Shown here piece by piece: positions 28,548 to 42,956 of a stretch of DNA of 64,000 bases. The position numbers and the translations under genes were made by a program. The stretch's first letter is position 1; every line of letters begins with the position of its first letter. Source of the DNA: Flaccisagitta enflata (taxonomy: Eukaryota); contig OZ231126.1 in the NCBI GenBank assembly GCA_965153355.1, positions 39,928,001-39,992,000 on the forward strand, written 5' to 3'. A model generated the notes under the pieces. The model saw only the letters and a program-made list of their open reading frames with translations. It had not been told where the DNA came from and did no database searches.

Positions 28548-29261
28548 GTGAGAGGAGGAACAGAACAGAACGGAATTGGAATGAAACGTGGGCGCACTAA
28601 AGCTCGTTTCGCCGTTCATGGTGCGAAATTGAAATGAGATTGTGGCTGCATAAAGTGAGGCGTTGTGGCTCTGTGCGCAAATCATGGTGACCTCAAGGAA
28701 GGTCATTCAATCTCATCAAGGCCGGATACACGGCAACCCCAGTCGCGTGCGGGTGGGCAGGGGTCGAATTTGAGGTCACTTGATTATTTGGGCAGGAGCA
28801 TTAAGGCCAGAACCGCAAAAAAAAAACAAAAAAGTAAAGTGTGACGGACGGACGGACGGACGGACGGACCAACGGACGGACCGAAAAAGCGGGGTGTAGA
28901 GTCGCGTTGCACGCGACAAAAAAGAAAATTAGTTTGAAAAAGGTGTGAAAACAGACGTTTAAGTAAGCGATATTCTCGCAGAAGATACTGTGAGAATGTT
29001 GAATTAAGCAAATCTTATTTTGAGCATTGTTTCTTCACGTCTTATGTTCAAACATAGTTGGGATGACGGGATTACATAGAAATGTATTTATATAGTAACC
29101 GGCCACGATGGGAAATAAAGCTTCGTTTGATTAGTTTATATTCCAAATATCATGGTTTTTTATCATGATTGCCCCCATTATCTCAATTCTAAAGGGAATG
29201 CACTATACATTTGGAGATAGAAAATAAATCCATCGTTGGCCATTTTCTACACTTTTTTCAG

Positions 29262-29433
29262 GGCCAAAGACAACTGGCGCTTTCGTATTTGTGGGACTAA
29301 CCATCTTCACTTTGTACTTCACATTGATGAATCTCAAGTTTTGGAACTCGATGATTTTAAGAAATGATGTTGTCGTGGAAAGGCCAATCGAACTGGATTC
29401 TCTTTCGCTGAGAATGGCGAGAGAAACTGACAG
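29262..29433 (+). CDS. STS: STS-like arylsulfatase exon 6 (hydrophobic helix 2, ILRNDVVVERPIELDSL)
   Basis: tttcag acceptor, AG|gtaagg donor; phase 1 to 2. The two-helix membrane hairpin is typical of the STS/ARSC subfamily. Confidence 0.92.
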
Positions 29434-29601
29434 GTAAGGTGAGGGAGAAGAGATCAGGACATGTGAGGACATGTACAGACACTTAAGACGTATTGAGCTC
29501 GACTCTCTATTGCTGAAGCTGGCAAGAGAAACTGACAAGTAAGGATGGTGAATGATGGGCAACGACGTGTCAGGATGTTGGAAAGGACAAATAGGACCAA
29601 T

Positions 29602-30218
29602 CACAGTGGGCCTTAATTGGACATGAGTTAAAAAAATTCCCCGATAGTAGTGACTTGTATTAATACATACAATCTAAAGTGGACAATTGATATCAACTCT
29701 AAAAAAAAAATTCTGTTGAAATTTTTTGCAAAAATCAATAATAAGTATCAATTTTCTTATATATTCATATATAGATCTTAAGGATATATCAATTTTGAAA
29801 TTCTGATGTAAGATTCATAGTCCTGGTGAAATTCTCAATCATTTGATATGTCACACTATATACTTTCGTAAAAAAATAAGATTTTGATATTTCAGGCTGC
29901 CGTTGTTTTCTTTGTAACGGTGGCACAGAAAATGAAAATTTTGTTTATTGATAATGATATATAGTGCGACCTATCAAATGATTGGAAATTTTATCAGGAA
30001 TATGAATCTTTAATCAGAAATTCAAAACGCATAAATTCAAAAGTTTTATATCAAATACTTTAAAAATTCAAAATGTTTTTATGATTTTTGCAAAAATGTT
30101 CAAGGGAATCTTTTTTTAAACAGTCAACATCAATCCTCCACTATAAAATGCACTTACTAGTATAGATCACTACTTTTGAGGATTTTTCTCAACCCATATC
30201 CAATTAAGGCCCACTGTG
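29602..30218. mobile_element. Palindromic MITE, CAC...GTG ends, 4-bp TSD (Chapaev-like)
   Basis: caat|cacagtgggccttaattgga...tccaattaaggcccactgtg|caat. Confidence 0.85.
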
Positions 30219-30257
30219 CAATGGAATTCCATTCTCATTGAATTGGCTGAAGATGGA

Positions 30258-30872
30258 AATACCATCTTGCTCAAAAATATTGTCTCATCTTTATGGTTAA
30301 TTTGTGACAAAACAACTGTAAAAAAGACATTGAAATCAGTGACCATTACAAAAAGCAAGAAAAAATCCTCAAAATGCCACCAAGCAGAGCTCAGTAGCTC
30401 GATTCCTTTAGATTTTAGAGCTAAAAGAGTAAAAACGTTTTTATCCATAAAGAGCAGAAAATATGCAAAAAATAAGGAGAAGAATATTGACCTGTTCATT
30501 TTCACTTTTTCTAAGCTTATCATTATAAAATCATATGAAAATCGGTGACCATTAGAAAGAGCTTTGGAAGATCTGTCAAATGCCGCCATCAGATTTTTCT
30601 AGTACAAACTATTGGAATTTTATTTCAAAATAAATATACATAGGTAAGAAAGTGATGAAAGAAAAAACTGCTGGAAAGTTTGAAGAACTTATTTTACAAA
30701 ATTGTAAATGAATCCTTCATCTATGTCTTCCCAATTGAATACAATGGGTATATGATACCATAAGAGCCTATACTAAATATTTGTGCAGAAGTGTGTAACT
30801 TTTTATGAGAAATAACAACAATAAACAATAATTTTGTTTTACTGAGACGATATTTTTGAGCAAGATGGTATT
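30258..30872. mobile_element. MITE with ~30-bp TIRs
   Basis: aataccatcttgctcaaaaatat / atatttttgagcaagatggtatt; TSD unclear. Confidence 0.7.
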
Positions 30873-31360
30873 AAATGACAGGTGAGGACTAACAAGCCAC
30901 ATCGACATTGAGTGTTTTAGCTGTTATTGATAAGAAAAACGCTTAGGTAAAAAGACGCGGAGTTGCAACTAGAAAATTTTATCTCAGCGCTTTTGAGGCG
31001 CTTTTGAGGCGTGAACTTTGGCTGGAAATAACGTGGCAATGATCGACGGGTGAAGTGACCCAACAAAGCCAAACTGACCTTAACACTATTGCATTTGATA
31101 GAGTTGTGTCCGGTGGTTTCCATGGCATTCTACTCCTTGATTTCTTTTGTAAACAAAGTTCCCTCATGAGTTATTAAGAAAACTACGAATAGAAAAGTCC
31201 GCTGAAAAATAGAAACAAAAAGAGCGCGAAAAAAGCTTACCGTAAGATTTGTCAAAAATTATTTTCCATCTATTCTTCCGTCTGAAAATTAAAAAAAACG
31301 CTTGACCAAAGCATTTCTGGAAGTATAAGGTAATACCCCAAAACTAAGCTCTTGCAGTGA

Positions 31361-31424
<64 letters not shown>

Positions 31425-32262
31425 TTTGGCTTAGAGGAAACAAATCCCCTTCGGACTGGACAAGAATAGCAACAACTCAACATCTAATAATCGGGACTTT
31501 CCTTGAATGAAATATTGCACACGCTTTCAAACGAAAGAACGAGTATCCCGATCCCACACCAGAGATACATTGATGCGTCAACGTATAAAAAATGTTTTAT
31601 TCTTTTAGTTTTATCAACCTCGTGTATGTCTGGCAATCACGCATGATAATTCATGCTAATTACATTTTTTTCATCTTCTGACTTGGAGGACTACAATGAT
31701 CCAACCTGATAGAACAAGATGTTTAGCCCTATGACTTACTTTTTGTATCAGGGACAGACAGATGGACAAGTGGAACGATAGACAGTCACAGCATCGTGTA
31801 CAGATGCTTGGGCCCATTTAAAGAAATCGTTTCCGTAACGATAACTTATCGTTGGTAAAAGGTCAAAGCAGTTTCCATACAATGAGCAATGCGTTTTGGT
31901 CGGCCAACTCAGGACGGCCTGTGCTTTATCATTTGTTCTGCATGCTCCTTTTAAGAGTGAGAGACAGGGGGCAATATCACTTACTAAAATTGAAAATTGC
32001 TCATCGATATACTTTTTTGAGAATTTGAAGGAAAATAGAATGAACCTGAATCGCCATTTCTATTTCACCCGCCTTCTTTGCAAGAGCAATGAACACAACT
32101 CACGTTACACATGTGGATAAATCGAAATTTCCATGTCATTATCCTTGATAAGAATCAACAGTCGTAACACTTCGTAATCCATCGAGCATGGGTACCGCGG
32201 ACCACGAGACCATGGACTTACTTGTCCATCCTTGAATGTTTCCATCCAACTTCCACGTCCAG

Positions 32263-32476
32263 ATTTATTGCGGAATCGGTGGCAGCAGCAGCCTCTTCCT
32301 CCTCCTCCTCCTCTTCTTCTTCCTCTTCTCCCTTCTTACTCTTCCTGTCTTTCGCCCACACACACACCGCGCTACATGCACTTCCGGAGCACAAAGGGAA
32401 AAGTGTCCACGGTCCATATGGAGACGCCATCGAAGAAATGGATTGGCAAGTGGGGCAACTTTTGCAATCCCTTAAG
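32263..32476 (+). CDS. STS: STS-like arylsulfatase exon 7 ([15 protein letters not shown]...[16 protein letters not shown])
   Basis: Conserved HxH and YGDxxEEMDWxVG; phase 2 to 0. Confidence 0.95.
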
Positions 32477-32842
32477 GTCAGTAAGCGGCATCCGTCCGTC
32501 CGTTAGTTTGGTCAGTCCGTCAGCTAATAGTTTAGTCTGCACAAATTCTTGGGCTGCATGGAGAATCCGAAGAAATGACTGCGAGTATGACAAGATTTTC
32601 AATTCCTTCAGGTCAGTAAGCAGGTCCGTCCGTCCGTCCGTCCGGCAGTCAGTCACTCAGTAAGTCAGCCAAAAAAATAGTGAAGACACCGATGACAAAA
32701 TAGACTGACAGGTAGAACAACTGCTGTATGTCACTTATATCAAGGTCTGTGAGTAAGTTGGTCAGTGGGACAGTCTGTTGGGCCAGTGAGTCAGTTTTTG
32801 GGACTGTTTCCTATGAGTATGGACACTCAATTGAAATACGTA

Positions 32843-32937
<95 letters not shown>

Positions 32938-32957
32938 CCACCCTATATCTAAACTAA

Positions 32958-33066
<109 letters not shown>

Positions 33067-33106
33067 AAACACACGCACATTGATACACACGCAAACGAAA
33101 ACACAG

Positions 33107-33883
33107 CGCCACGCCGTTTCGGACAACACTCTGGTCTACTTTTCCTCTGATCACGGCGGGCACATAGAAGAGACCACGTGGGGCTCCCTTCGCGCCGGTG
33201 GACACAACGGCCAATTCAAAGGGGGCAAATTCCAGACTTTCGAGGGTGGGATTCGGGTGCCGACGGCGGTCATGTGGCCAGGGGTCGTGAGGGCAGGGTC
33301 GGAGGTAGACGCGCTGACTTCCAACATGGATGTCATGGCAACGGTTTTAGATGTTTTCAAGGTCAAAAGTCATCCAAAGAAAATTGATGGAAAATCGCTA
33401 ATGCCACTTTTCGCCGCCGAAGCCGCGCCTGAGGTTGCCATCGTCGCCGCCGCCGCCACTGACGAGGCTGCCGCGGCCTCTGCCGCCGCCACCGCCGCGG
33501 TTATAGAGGTGCCTTCGGACCAGCCGGCGGGAGTGAAGGCATCGAACTTCGACGGTGAGACAGACGGGACGGAGGTAAAGGTGACAGAGGCGGTGGAAGG
33601 GGAAAAGAAGACGGAGATTAAAGCGGATGAAAGCGAAGATGAAATGAAAAATGAGGAAGGAGAAAAAGAAGCAAAGATTGAAGCCGCGGCGGAAGAGACC
33701 GCAGCAACTGCAGCAGCTGCTGAAGCCAAAATCCAAGAACAAAAAGAAGCCGGTGCGGAAGCGGTAGCGGAAGCGGGAGGAGTTTCCAGTTCAGACAGAC
33801 ATAAGCTACTTTTACATTATTGCGATTTCTTACTCAATTCTGCGACGTATGAACCAGATGGACCAAAAGGAGACATTTGGAAG
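33107..33883 (+). CDS. STS: STS-like arylsulfatase exon 8 (NTLVYFSSDHGG, KGGK, EGGIRVP, IDGKSLMPL, Ala/Glu insertion, LLHYC)
   Basis: 777 nt open; acacag acceptor, AAG|gtaatc donor; phase 0 to 0. Confidence 0.9.
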
Positions 33884-33917
33884 GTAATCAAGAAGGGTAC
33901 TTGATTGTGCATCTATA

Positions 33918-34057
<140 letters not shown>

Positions 34058-34369
34058 TCTCTCTCTCTCTCAATCTCTCTTATTTTGCCGGTTGCCCTTT
34101 AGTGTCTCAGTGTGACACTGTCTTTTTGTTTATTTTGTTTTCCGTTAGGTTCACTGGTGCATCTCCAAGCGGGTGTTCGGCACAATGGTTTGGGGGTTTA
34201 AACTTTTTTTCCGTCGCTCCTTTTCTAAGTTTCACTGGTCCATCTCCGAGAGGGTGTCTGACGCTCCTAGACGGGCCGTTCGCTCTTTTTTCACTGTCAT
34301 ACCATAACTGAGTTCCCGAAACTCCAGTTTGCAACTCCTGATATTGTCTGTGAATTTGATTTTCTTTAG

Positions 34370-34447
34370 ATTCACTGGCGTATCCCCAAGTGGGTTCCCG
34401 GCACACAAGGATGTGGCTTCCGCTGTGATTGCTTCACGCATCACGAG
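34370..34447 (+). CDS. STS: STS-like arylsulfatase exon 9 (IHWRIPKWVPGTQGCGFRCDCFTHHE)
   Basis: ctttag acceptor, GAG|gtaaaa donor; Cys cluster as in the STS C-terminal domain; phase 0 to 0. Confidence 0.88.
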
Positions 34448-36284
34448 GTAAAACACAAATCAAATTCAGAAATTGACATGGTTGTCCTTATGGTGGGTTA
34501 GTGCGTAGGTCGGTCGGTTCGTCTATCACAGTTTTTAGCTGTCATTTTGTTTTTTGTTTTCATTTTTTTTTGTGAAATTGCTCCTACTACATGATCGAAA
34601 TATCTTCTGCATTAATGTCCCCATTTGTCCGCACGATGGCTCTTGTGTTTTAGGAGAAAAAAAATGAAGCAAAGTAAAGGTAACATAATTTGACAAAATC
34701 AAAGGAACTCGAGTGGATATCTAGATGAAAGCATTTGCGATAGAGATATCGGATTGGATATCAAGCCGAATTTCTTATTCATGATGCAATTACGACATGA
34801 AGATATACTTTTTGCCGAAGGGTTGAAAATAGAGAATGAGAGAGAAAGAGAAAATCGATGGTAACAAAGGAAGGAAAAAATAGAAGGAAAGTGATGGCGA
34901 CAAGAATGGGAATTGCCTCCATTTACCCGGAGACAATTTACACCTCGTCTTCCAACCCAAGCAAAGAAGAGACGAAGAAAGACAATGCTTGATTCCGAGA
35001 AAAAGAAATGTTGCCTCGTACAGGATGATGGTCAGAGAATCCCGCGCTCCCATTTGAAATGACCAGGGTAATAACAAGAATACTCTTTGGTATCATGAAA
35101 GCAGTAGAAGTCAGAAAAAAAACTATGCCTAACATGAAATTTAGTCAAGCGCGGATGATGACACAAAATAAAACGCAATTGATCTTCCATCTTTTATTTG
35201 AGGTAGCAACCATGTTTTGCCCATAAACTAAAAAAAAATTATGCTAAAATGACGCGCTTTGTCGCACTAGATTGTTTTAAGCTTATATCGCCCAAAAATA
35301 CATGCCGACATATATATGTTCTATAAGATATATACCATCGTAAGTTTTTCCCAACTTATTTGTCAAAGCAAGCAAAAAAGGCTAAAGACAAAGAAGGCGT
35401 TGTGCAAAAGCAACCATGGTCAGGGATGCTCCCAATACTTCGGTCAGATTGTACTATCAAATCGGAAACAATTACCCTTCATCATTCAACACAAGAAGAA
35501 AAGAGACGTCAAAAGACAAAGACTGAATGATAATAGAGATAGATAATAGGCGGAGATGCTCTTGCTCAGATTCAGTTGCTCCATTAAATAGTACGGTCTA
35601 GGGATGTGGCAGTAGCTGATTTTCAAGTCGCTTCCATCGATTCCGCTTCCATCGCTTCCGCTTCCATTACGCAGTTCAGATACTAGTAGCTATACCACCC
35701 ACAAAATTGATAAGGTTAAGTCGCTTCCAATTCACATCTCATCTGACAATGCAAACAAAGTAAAGATTTGACGTTAAATGATCCGATACGAAATGTCTCG
35801 CCTCTGGATTACTGGCTTTATTTATCAGCAGACAGTTTCATCTTATCTGAAGAAACACCATAGCAAAAAAGAAAAGAAAAAGAAAAGAAAAAGAAGAAGA
35901 ACGAAATAGATAAAATAATATAATGAGAAATGAATACATAAAAAGATATTTTGAATGATGAACTAGTCCCAAATTTAACTTTTGGCCGAATCCTTATCTT
36001 AAATTGGGGGCAGTTGACTCCCAAACTCAAGGACGAATCGGACTATAGTGGTTTTCAAACCAAACTGCCCACTCTAGGTCCCTTGTAAGGCCTTGCGGGT
36101 TTGGCTGTGAGAAGGCCGAGGCTCGGTTTTGAGGCCAAACCCGAAATTCGATTTTGCTTACAAAACCGACCTTGTTTTCTAGGAGTTTTTTACTTCTATA
36201 TCATTCTTTCATTCTTCCACTTATCAAACTATTTTTGTTTTTTTTTTTCTCATCTTTATGATCATATTTTATGTCTATCTGTCG

Positions 36285-36375
<91 letters not shown>

Positions 36376-36485
36376 TGCATCTATTTCTTTCTCGCTTTTT
36401 CTTTTTCTCTTTTTCTCTCTTTCTCTCTTTTTTTTCTCTCTTTCTCTCTTTCCCTCTTTTTTTTTCTCTCTTTCTCTCTTTCCTT

Positions 36486-36609
<124 letters not shown>

Positions 36610-37486
36610 ACTTGCATTCATTTCTTTGTTTTTTTTTTATTATGTTGTTCAAACTAATTCTTTTTTTACTGTCTCACTGTCTGTGTCTGTGTGTGTTTGT
36701 TCTTTTTCTATTTGGTTTTTGTTTTTGTTTTTTTTTCTCTCATTTCTTTTTTCTATCTATCTTTTTCTCACTTTATTTATGACAGAAAATTTATGAAGAA
36801 GAATGAAGTGTTTTACCTTACTTTTTGCATTATTATCAGGACAATAATGAAGCTGGAATGCTTTAAGTGGACAAAGTGTCTCTAAGGACACTTGGTGCAT
36901 ACATTTTTATCATATTTTGACTTAAAATGTAATTTGAACTGTGCGTTTCACATGGAAATAAGCATGAAAATGATGTTTTTTAGTGAATTTCTGCTTACAC
37001 TGTTTTTCATTTTCTGAGGTCGAAATTCTAAGAAAGCCAAACACAGGGAAATTTTGCATTTTAAAAAACGTAGTTCTCTCTGTAATCGATTTGGGAAGAG
37101 AACTATGTTCTTTGTTTTTTCATTTTTTCATTTCCTTTGCAAATTTAGAATTTCGACCAGCCCCTTGTCAGTGACCAAAAATGAAATAAGTAAAAATTTT
37201 CAAAACAATTTTTTTGGTAACATTGGCTAAACTTGGTCCTCTTGCTAAGGAAATGCAAATTTTTCTTTTAAATATGATGTCTGAGCTATCACAATCACTT
37301 TTTTTCATTTATTTTTACATCTGAATTAATACATTTTTTCTATTTTGACCTTCTTTGAAACACAAATGTTGCCTTCGGAGGGAAGCCGTCTTATAAAACC
37401 AATATAAACCCCACATAAACCCGAGGACAGGTTTTGGGGTATTCCGAACCCGAACCGAAACCGAGGAAAAAAACACCATACGCAAG

Positions 37487-37526
<40 letters not shown>

Positions 37527-37932
37527 GAGAGAGATTTCTGCATGAAAGAGGATGAGGGGAAAGTTCACAGCCATTAAAAACATAAGAGAAGAAATGAAAA
37601 AAAAAACTTTTTGGACGATTTATTTCTGAATTTACGCCGATGACACTGACCAAGCAGTGGAAACTAAGTGATGACAAATCACCAGCAAACAAAGAAACAA
37701 GGCCAATAGGTGCGACATATGGATAGTCGAACGAATGCGTTACCGACCAACCGTCCAACCAACCAACCGACGGACGCAGCCAGTTATAGAGGTTCTTTGG
37801 CCTTAGAAAGGATATCAGTTAAAATCAGCACGTGACAGGATATTTTTTTGTGATTATGCATGTAGCCGTTGGTCATTTGTTACAAACAAGTAAAAGCTTG
37901 AAAGCTGGACGGTTGGGAAAATTAGTCACATA

Positions 37933-38356
37933 CACTTTTTATTTTTTATAAGAACCTAGTTTATAAGAACATCAAGGCTTCAAACTGCGCCAAAATTAAG
38001 AACATCTTAAGAACATAAGAAGGCTTTAAATTCTAAAAGAAAATTTTTTGTTAACCATAAAACTTATGAAATATTGATAAAATACTTGAAATTAGTAGAT
38101 TTACAATGAAATTCTGTTATTTCTAACATGAATACCAAAAAAATATCCCATAACTTTATAATCTAGTACAACTATTTTAGCAATCATTGATAAAAAGACA
38201 TTTATTTCCAATGATAATAGCGAATTAAAAGGTTTACGATAATTTGTTTTTTAAAATTAAGAACGCTCTAAGAACATTTAAGGCTTAATTTTTCCTCAAA
38301 AATTAGAACATGAAGCCTTTGAAAAAAAAAATGATGTTCTTATAAAAAAAAAAGTG
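37933..38356. mobile_element. TA-TSD MITE
   Basis: ta|cactttttattttttataagaac...gttcttataaaaaaaaaagtg|ta. Confidence 0.75.
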
Positions 38357-38728
38357 TACAGTAGATCTCGTCTAGACATGAGCAATTTTCTTGTAAGCTG
38401 TTTGATAAGAATATTGATACTTCAGAGTTCAGAAAACGTGGAAATGGCAACTATCGATAATAGGGGATAAAGCTATCTTTTATCAATCTACATTCCACCT
38501 ATCACTCCCCTGGCTTCATTTACCTTCTTATCATGCTTGCCTCCATTATCTCAAGTCTAAAGGGGAACTCCTGTACTAGAAGGCATATCAATTGATACTG
38601 GTTAGTTCATATTGAATTATTTCAAATAGTTGATTATGTCAATGATAATGATGGTTAAAACAACTCTCTCTCTCTCTCTCTCTCTTTCTCTTTCTCTTTC
38701 TCTTTCTCTTTCTCTTTCTCTTTCTCTC

Positions 38729-38768
<40 letters not shown>

Positions 38769-38777
38769 TCTTTCTCT

Positions 38778-38882
<105 letters not shown>

Positions 38883-38890
38883 CTTCCCAG

Positions 38891-39148
38891 GACGTGGATC
38901 CCCCTTTGCTATACAACTTAGCGTCGGATCCTTTCGAAGATCATCCTTTGCCTCTCACTTCCGGTCGTTTGCGTCTCCTCGATGACGTCACGAAGATGGC
39001 GCGCGCCAAAGACGCCGAACTTCGTGGCGCCACGCCACAAATGACACCCGCCAAGATTTATTTGAACCCGGCGTTGATGCCATTTTGCCCCAATTTTCCT
39101 TACCTCTCTTGCAAGGATGAGAGACATAAAGAAACGTACCTCTACTGA
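38891..39148 (+). CDS. STS: STS-like arylsulfatase exon 10, terminal (DPPLLYNLASDPFE...PALMPFCPNFPYLSC)
   Basis: DPPLLxxLxxDPxE motif; (CT)n-ctgac-cccag acceptor; TGA ends at 39148. Confidence 0.93.
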   Translation, partial: DVDPPLLYNLASDPFEDHPLPLTSGRLRLLDDVTKMARAKDAELRGATPQMTPAKIYLNPALMPFCPNFPYLSCKDERHKETYLY

Positions 39149-40743
39149 TTTACATAAAGCATTAAAAATCTCTTTGAAGATTTCATGGTGTATTTTCGTG
39201 AGATATTTGGTAATGGTCAACATCATTTTAATCAAGAATAATATGCCCCAAAACAACGCCTTCATATGCGGTTTTCAACCTGCAGTGACATTCTCAACAA
39301 CGGTGATGCGCTACTATTGAGTCTGGAGAATCGTCATCTATGATGATCCATTACAAATATTAGGAACAAATTGATCTCACTTTTGTCTGTTTAAGCGTGA
39401 TTAAACCAATTCTATTGTGATTGTGTGTTTATGATTTTATTCATGTTCAAAATGTCTTCCCCTCCCCTTCCCTTGCGATGACTCTTATTCTCTACTAACC
39501 GGAACAAACATTCCTTTACACTACCGACCCTCTTCTCTTTTCTAGACCCCCTTCATTGACCATAATCGGCACTCTAATCTTCGTAGACCTCCACTTCCCA
39601 ACCTGCGGCTCTTTCTTACTCCCCCTCCATCGACCATTCTTCCATACTAGTTCATTTTCCCCATTGACCAGAAGCAGCCCTCCCTTTTTTTGGGCAGCGG
39701 CCTTAAAGGGCCGATGTCCTGTAGGACACAGGGGTAAATTTCCATATGTCCGTCCGTACATTCATCTTTCCGTCCATCTGTCTGTCCATCCCCCTCTCCC
39801 TGAAGTTTCTCAAAACTCAAATTCCCATTGAATAACATGGATAATTGATAAAATGCAAACTTCCCATGGAAATACATGGAAAATTTACAACAAAGTAGAA
39901 AATGCATATTTCCCATTAAATATCATGGAAAATTGATGAAAAAAATGTGAAATTCTCATTGAATAACATGGCAAAATGATGAGAAATTAAGAAAATGCAA
40001 AACTCCCATTAAATTTAATGGAAAATTTCTAAAATGTGCTTTCTCAGGACATGTGGAAATTCACCCCTGTTTCCTACAGTACATCTGCTCTTGGGGCCAC
40101 TTCCCTGCCCTCACTCCACATCTTTAGCTAATCACTCCAAGCAGGGCATCGGGTACCGCTGACCATGTGCGATCCTGGGATGACTTGTTCCTTCCCGCCT
40201 TTGACCAGAGCCATTCCACCCTCAGCTTCGACTTTCCAGTTCATTGACCAAGATCACCCATTTTCCTTCCTCCTTCCTCTTCAAACTCAAGTTTCAAAAA
40301 CGTCCATTTTTCACGTTGAGAGGCGACTAAACAGAAACGCAGTCACTCGTAAATCAACCAGAGGGGCGATTTGCCAAGACAAGCTAAACAGAAATGATGG
40401 ACATGAAGTACGTGGTAGACTTGAAAGTCATGCTATACATGTTAGGCATACTTGACAGACTAAGCAGGAGGGTAGTCACTAGTTAATCACCGAGAGGGAA
40501 AATTTCCCAAGACATGCTAAGCAGACCAGACGAACTAGCTTTACATGGTAAACATGCTTGGCAAACTGAACTGGGAATCAGAGACCCATCGATGACCACA
40601 CATGCCATGTCGCCGACTTGAAATGCTTCAAGTTGAAGGTCTAGGCTTCTGTTCAGTGTTTTGCACCGTCACTTCACTTTCTTGTGCTTGGCCACTACAT
40701 GGCCTTATTACGCTCTCACTCGTTCTCTCTGTCTCTGTCTCTG

Positions 40744-40892
<149 letters not shown>

Positions 40893-41401
40893 CTTTCGCT
40901 CCTCTTATTTAATCATTTTCTTAAAATAACTATCTTTCTGTCATTCTAATTTTTATGTCGTTTGATTGATAACTATGTAAAGATAACAAAAGCAATTTGA
41001 ATCGGGCGATAAGACTGACAAGGAATTTTTTGACATTTTTGATCGCGAATTTAGATGAAGCTCAAATCCAAGTGCAAGTAGTGGAAACTAGAAAACCTGT
41101 TTCTAAATGCGTGGTTTGTCAGTCCATCCGTCCGTGGGCTCTAGTTTAAGAGTCTAAGCTTTCAATGATTTCGCCTTCCTTCTACTCATGATGTATGAGA
41201 TGGAATAATTTATGGAAAGGAAGTTGCTGAGAACAAAAGAGGATAGGATAGCCATAGGATGAATAAAGGGAAATGAGACATAGATAGAGACATAATGAAA
41301 CTAAGTCGCTGAATACAGAATTTTCGAAACCTAAACTGAAGAAATCCGCTATTTCTCCTCTGAAGAAAAATGCAATTGGTCGCTACAGAACTGAATGGGG
41401 A

Positions 41402-41530
<129 letters not shown>

Positions 41531-41816
41531 TAGAATGTAGGAAGAGAATCCTTCTTTAACACCCATCATTGTAATTTCCGTCGCTTCGAGAATAAACAAG
41601 ACTTTCATGCTAAACAATACTTTTTTAGTCGTGTGCACGCGACTCTACAACCTGCTTTGTTGGTCCGTCGGTCCGTTCGTCACACTTTTCTTTTTTTTAT
41701 ACTTTAAGTTATATGTAGTCATTCTAAGTCATTCTAAGTCATTCTAAGTTATTCTAAGTCATTCTAAGTCATTCTAAGTTATTCTAAATCATTCTAAGTT
41801 ATTTTAAGTCACTTAA

Positions 41817-42882
41817 CTATGGCAAAAAAAAAAACCGAACAGATACTTCTTTTGCTCATAAATCCTTTGAAAATTCAACCAGTGTGCTGAAATTTTTACT
41901 GAAGTTACTTTTTAGTATCGTTAAGCATCACTGAAAAAATCGATGACCTGCTCTCAATAGTTTAGGAATTATAGATTTTTTAAAAGTGCTTGTCAGATGA
42001 TCAGAAATTCAATGTACACACATAAGAATTTACAAAGATTGAATAAACAAACTTTAAAAAAACATACTAAATCTAGTCCGATTTTGATGAAATTTGAAGT
42101 GGAAGTAGACCACATTGTTAGCAGGCTGTGGTAAAAATTTCATTACAAAACTCTGATTATTTTAGCAGAAACAGCAAGTTTTCTAAAAAGATTTTTTGTG
42201 GTTTTAAGAATAAGGTAAATGAAGATGAAATCTGAAATATAAATCAATGCTAAGGCCGTAGTTTTTTACCAATCATCATGATTTTTTAACTGGGAACTTT
42301 TGTACATATGGTTCATCTCCAGTAAAATTTTTGTGAAGATTGAAGCATCTTTAGTCCCCCAAATCGCAAAAATATTCTAACAGGTAGCAGATTGTTTCTT
42401 ATCTTGAGCAAGCTTACAATCAACCAATATTTACCCCACTAGACTTTATCTGAGTAGAAACGAATTTTGCCTAGTATTAGTAAATAGCACCATCAGACTA
42501 CAGTTAAAAAATCATGACAAAACTCCCAAAACTTTTTGCACAGTACCAATTTTACTAAAAATGGTATTATTTTGATTTAGGATAAACGTCATCTCTGGCA
42601 GTCTAAAAAAGAGGTGACTTCAGTAAAAACGTTATAACGGCTAAAGTTTTCGACAGATTTTGATGAAATTTTAATGAGACATAGTCCAAATCATGGTTAT
42701 CATCAGCCCTGATCTTAGAGCGGGCCCGCGGGCCCGAGGCCCGCATTTTTGCTGTCGGGCCCGCAAGTTTTTCCAACTGCGGGCCCGACGGGCCCGCTCA
42801 TGTTTGGCTCATCATTTTTTATTAATGCTGAAGTGGTATATTGATTTTTTTTTGTTTCATTTATATTTCCTTCTCTTTTTTC

Positions 42883-42956
<74 letters not shown>

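Noticed and set aside
34938..35135. Minus-strand ORF with a signal-peptide-like stretch inside STS intron 9
   Set aside because: Weak donor, no recognisable domain and no partner exon found.
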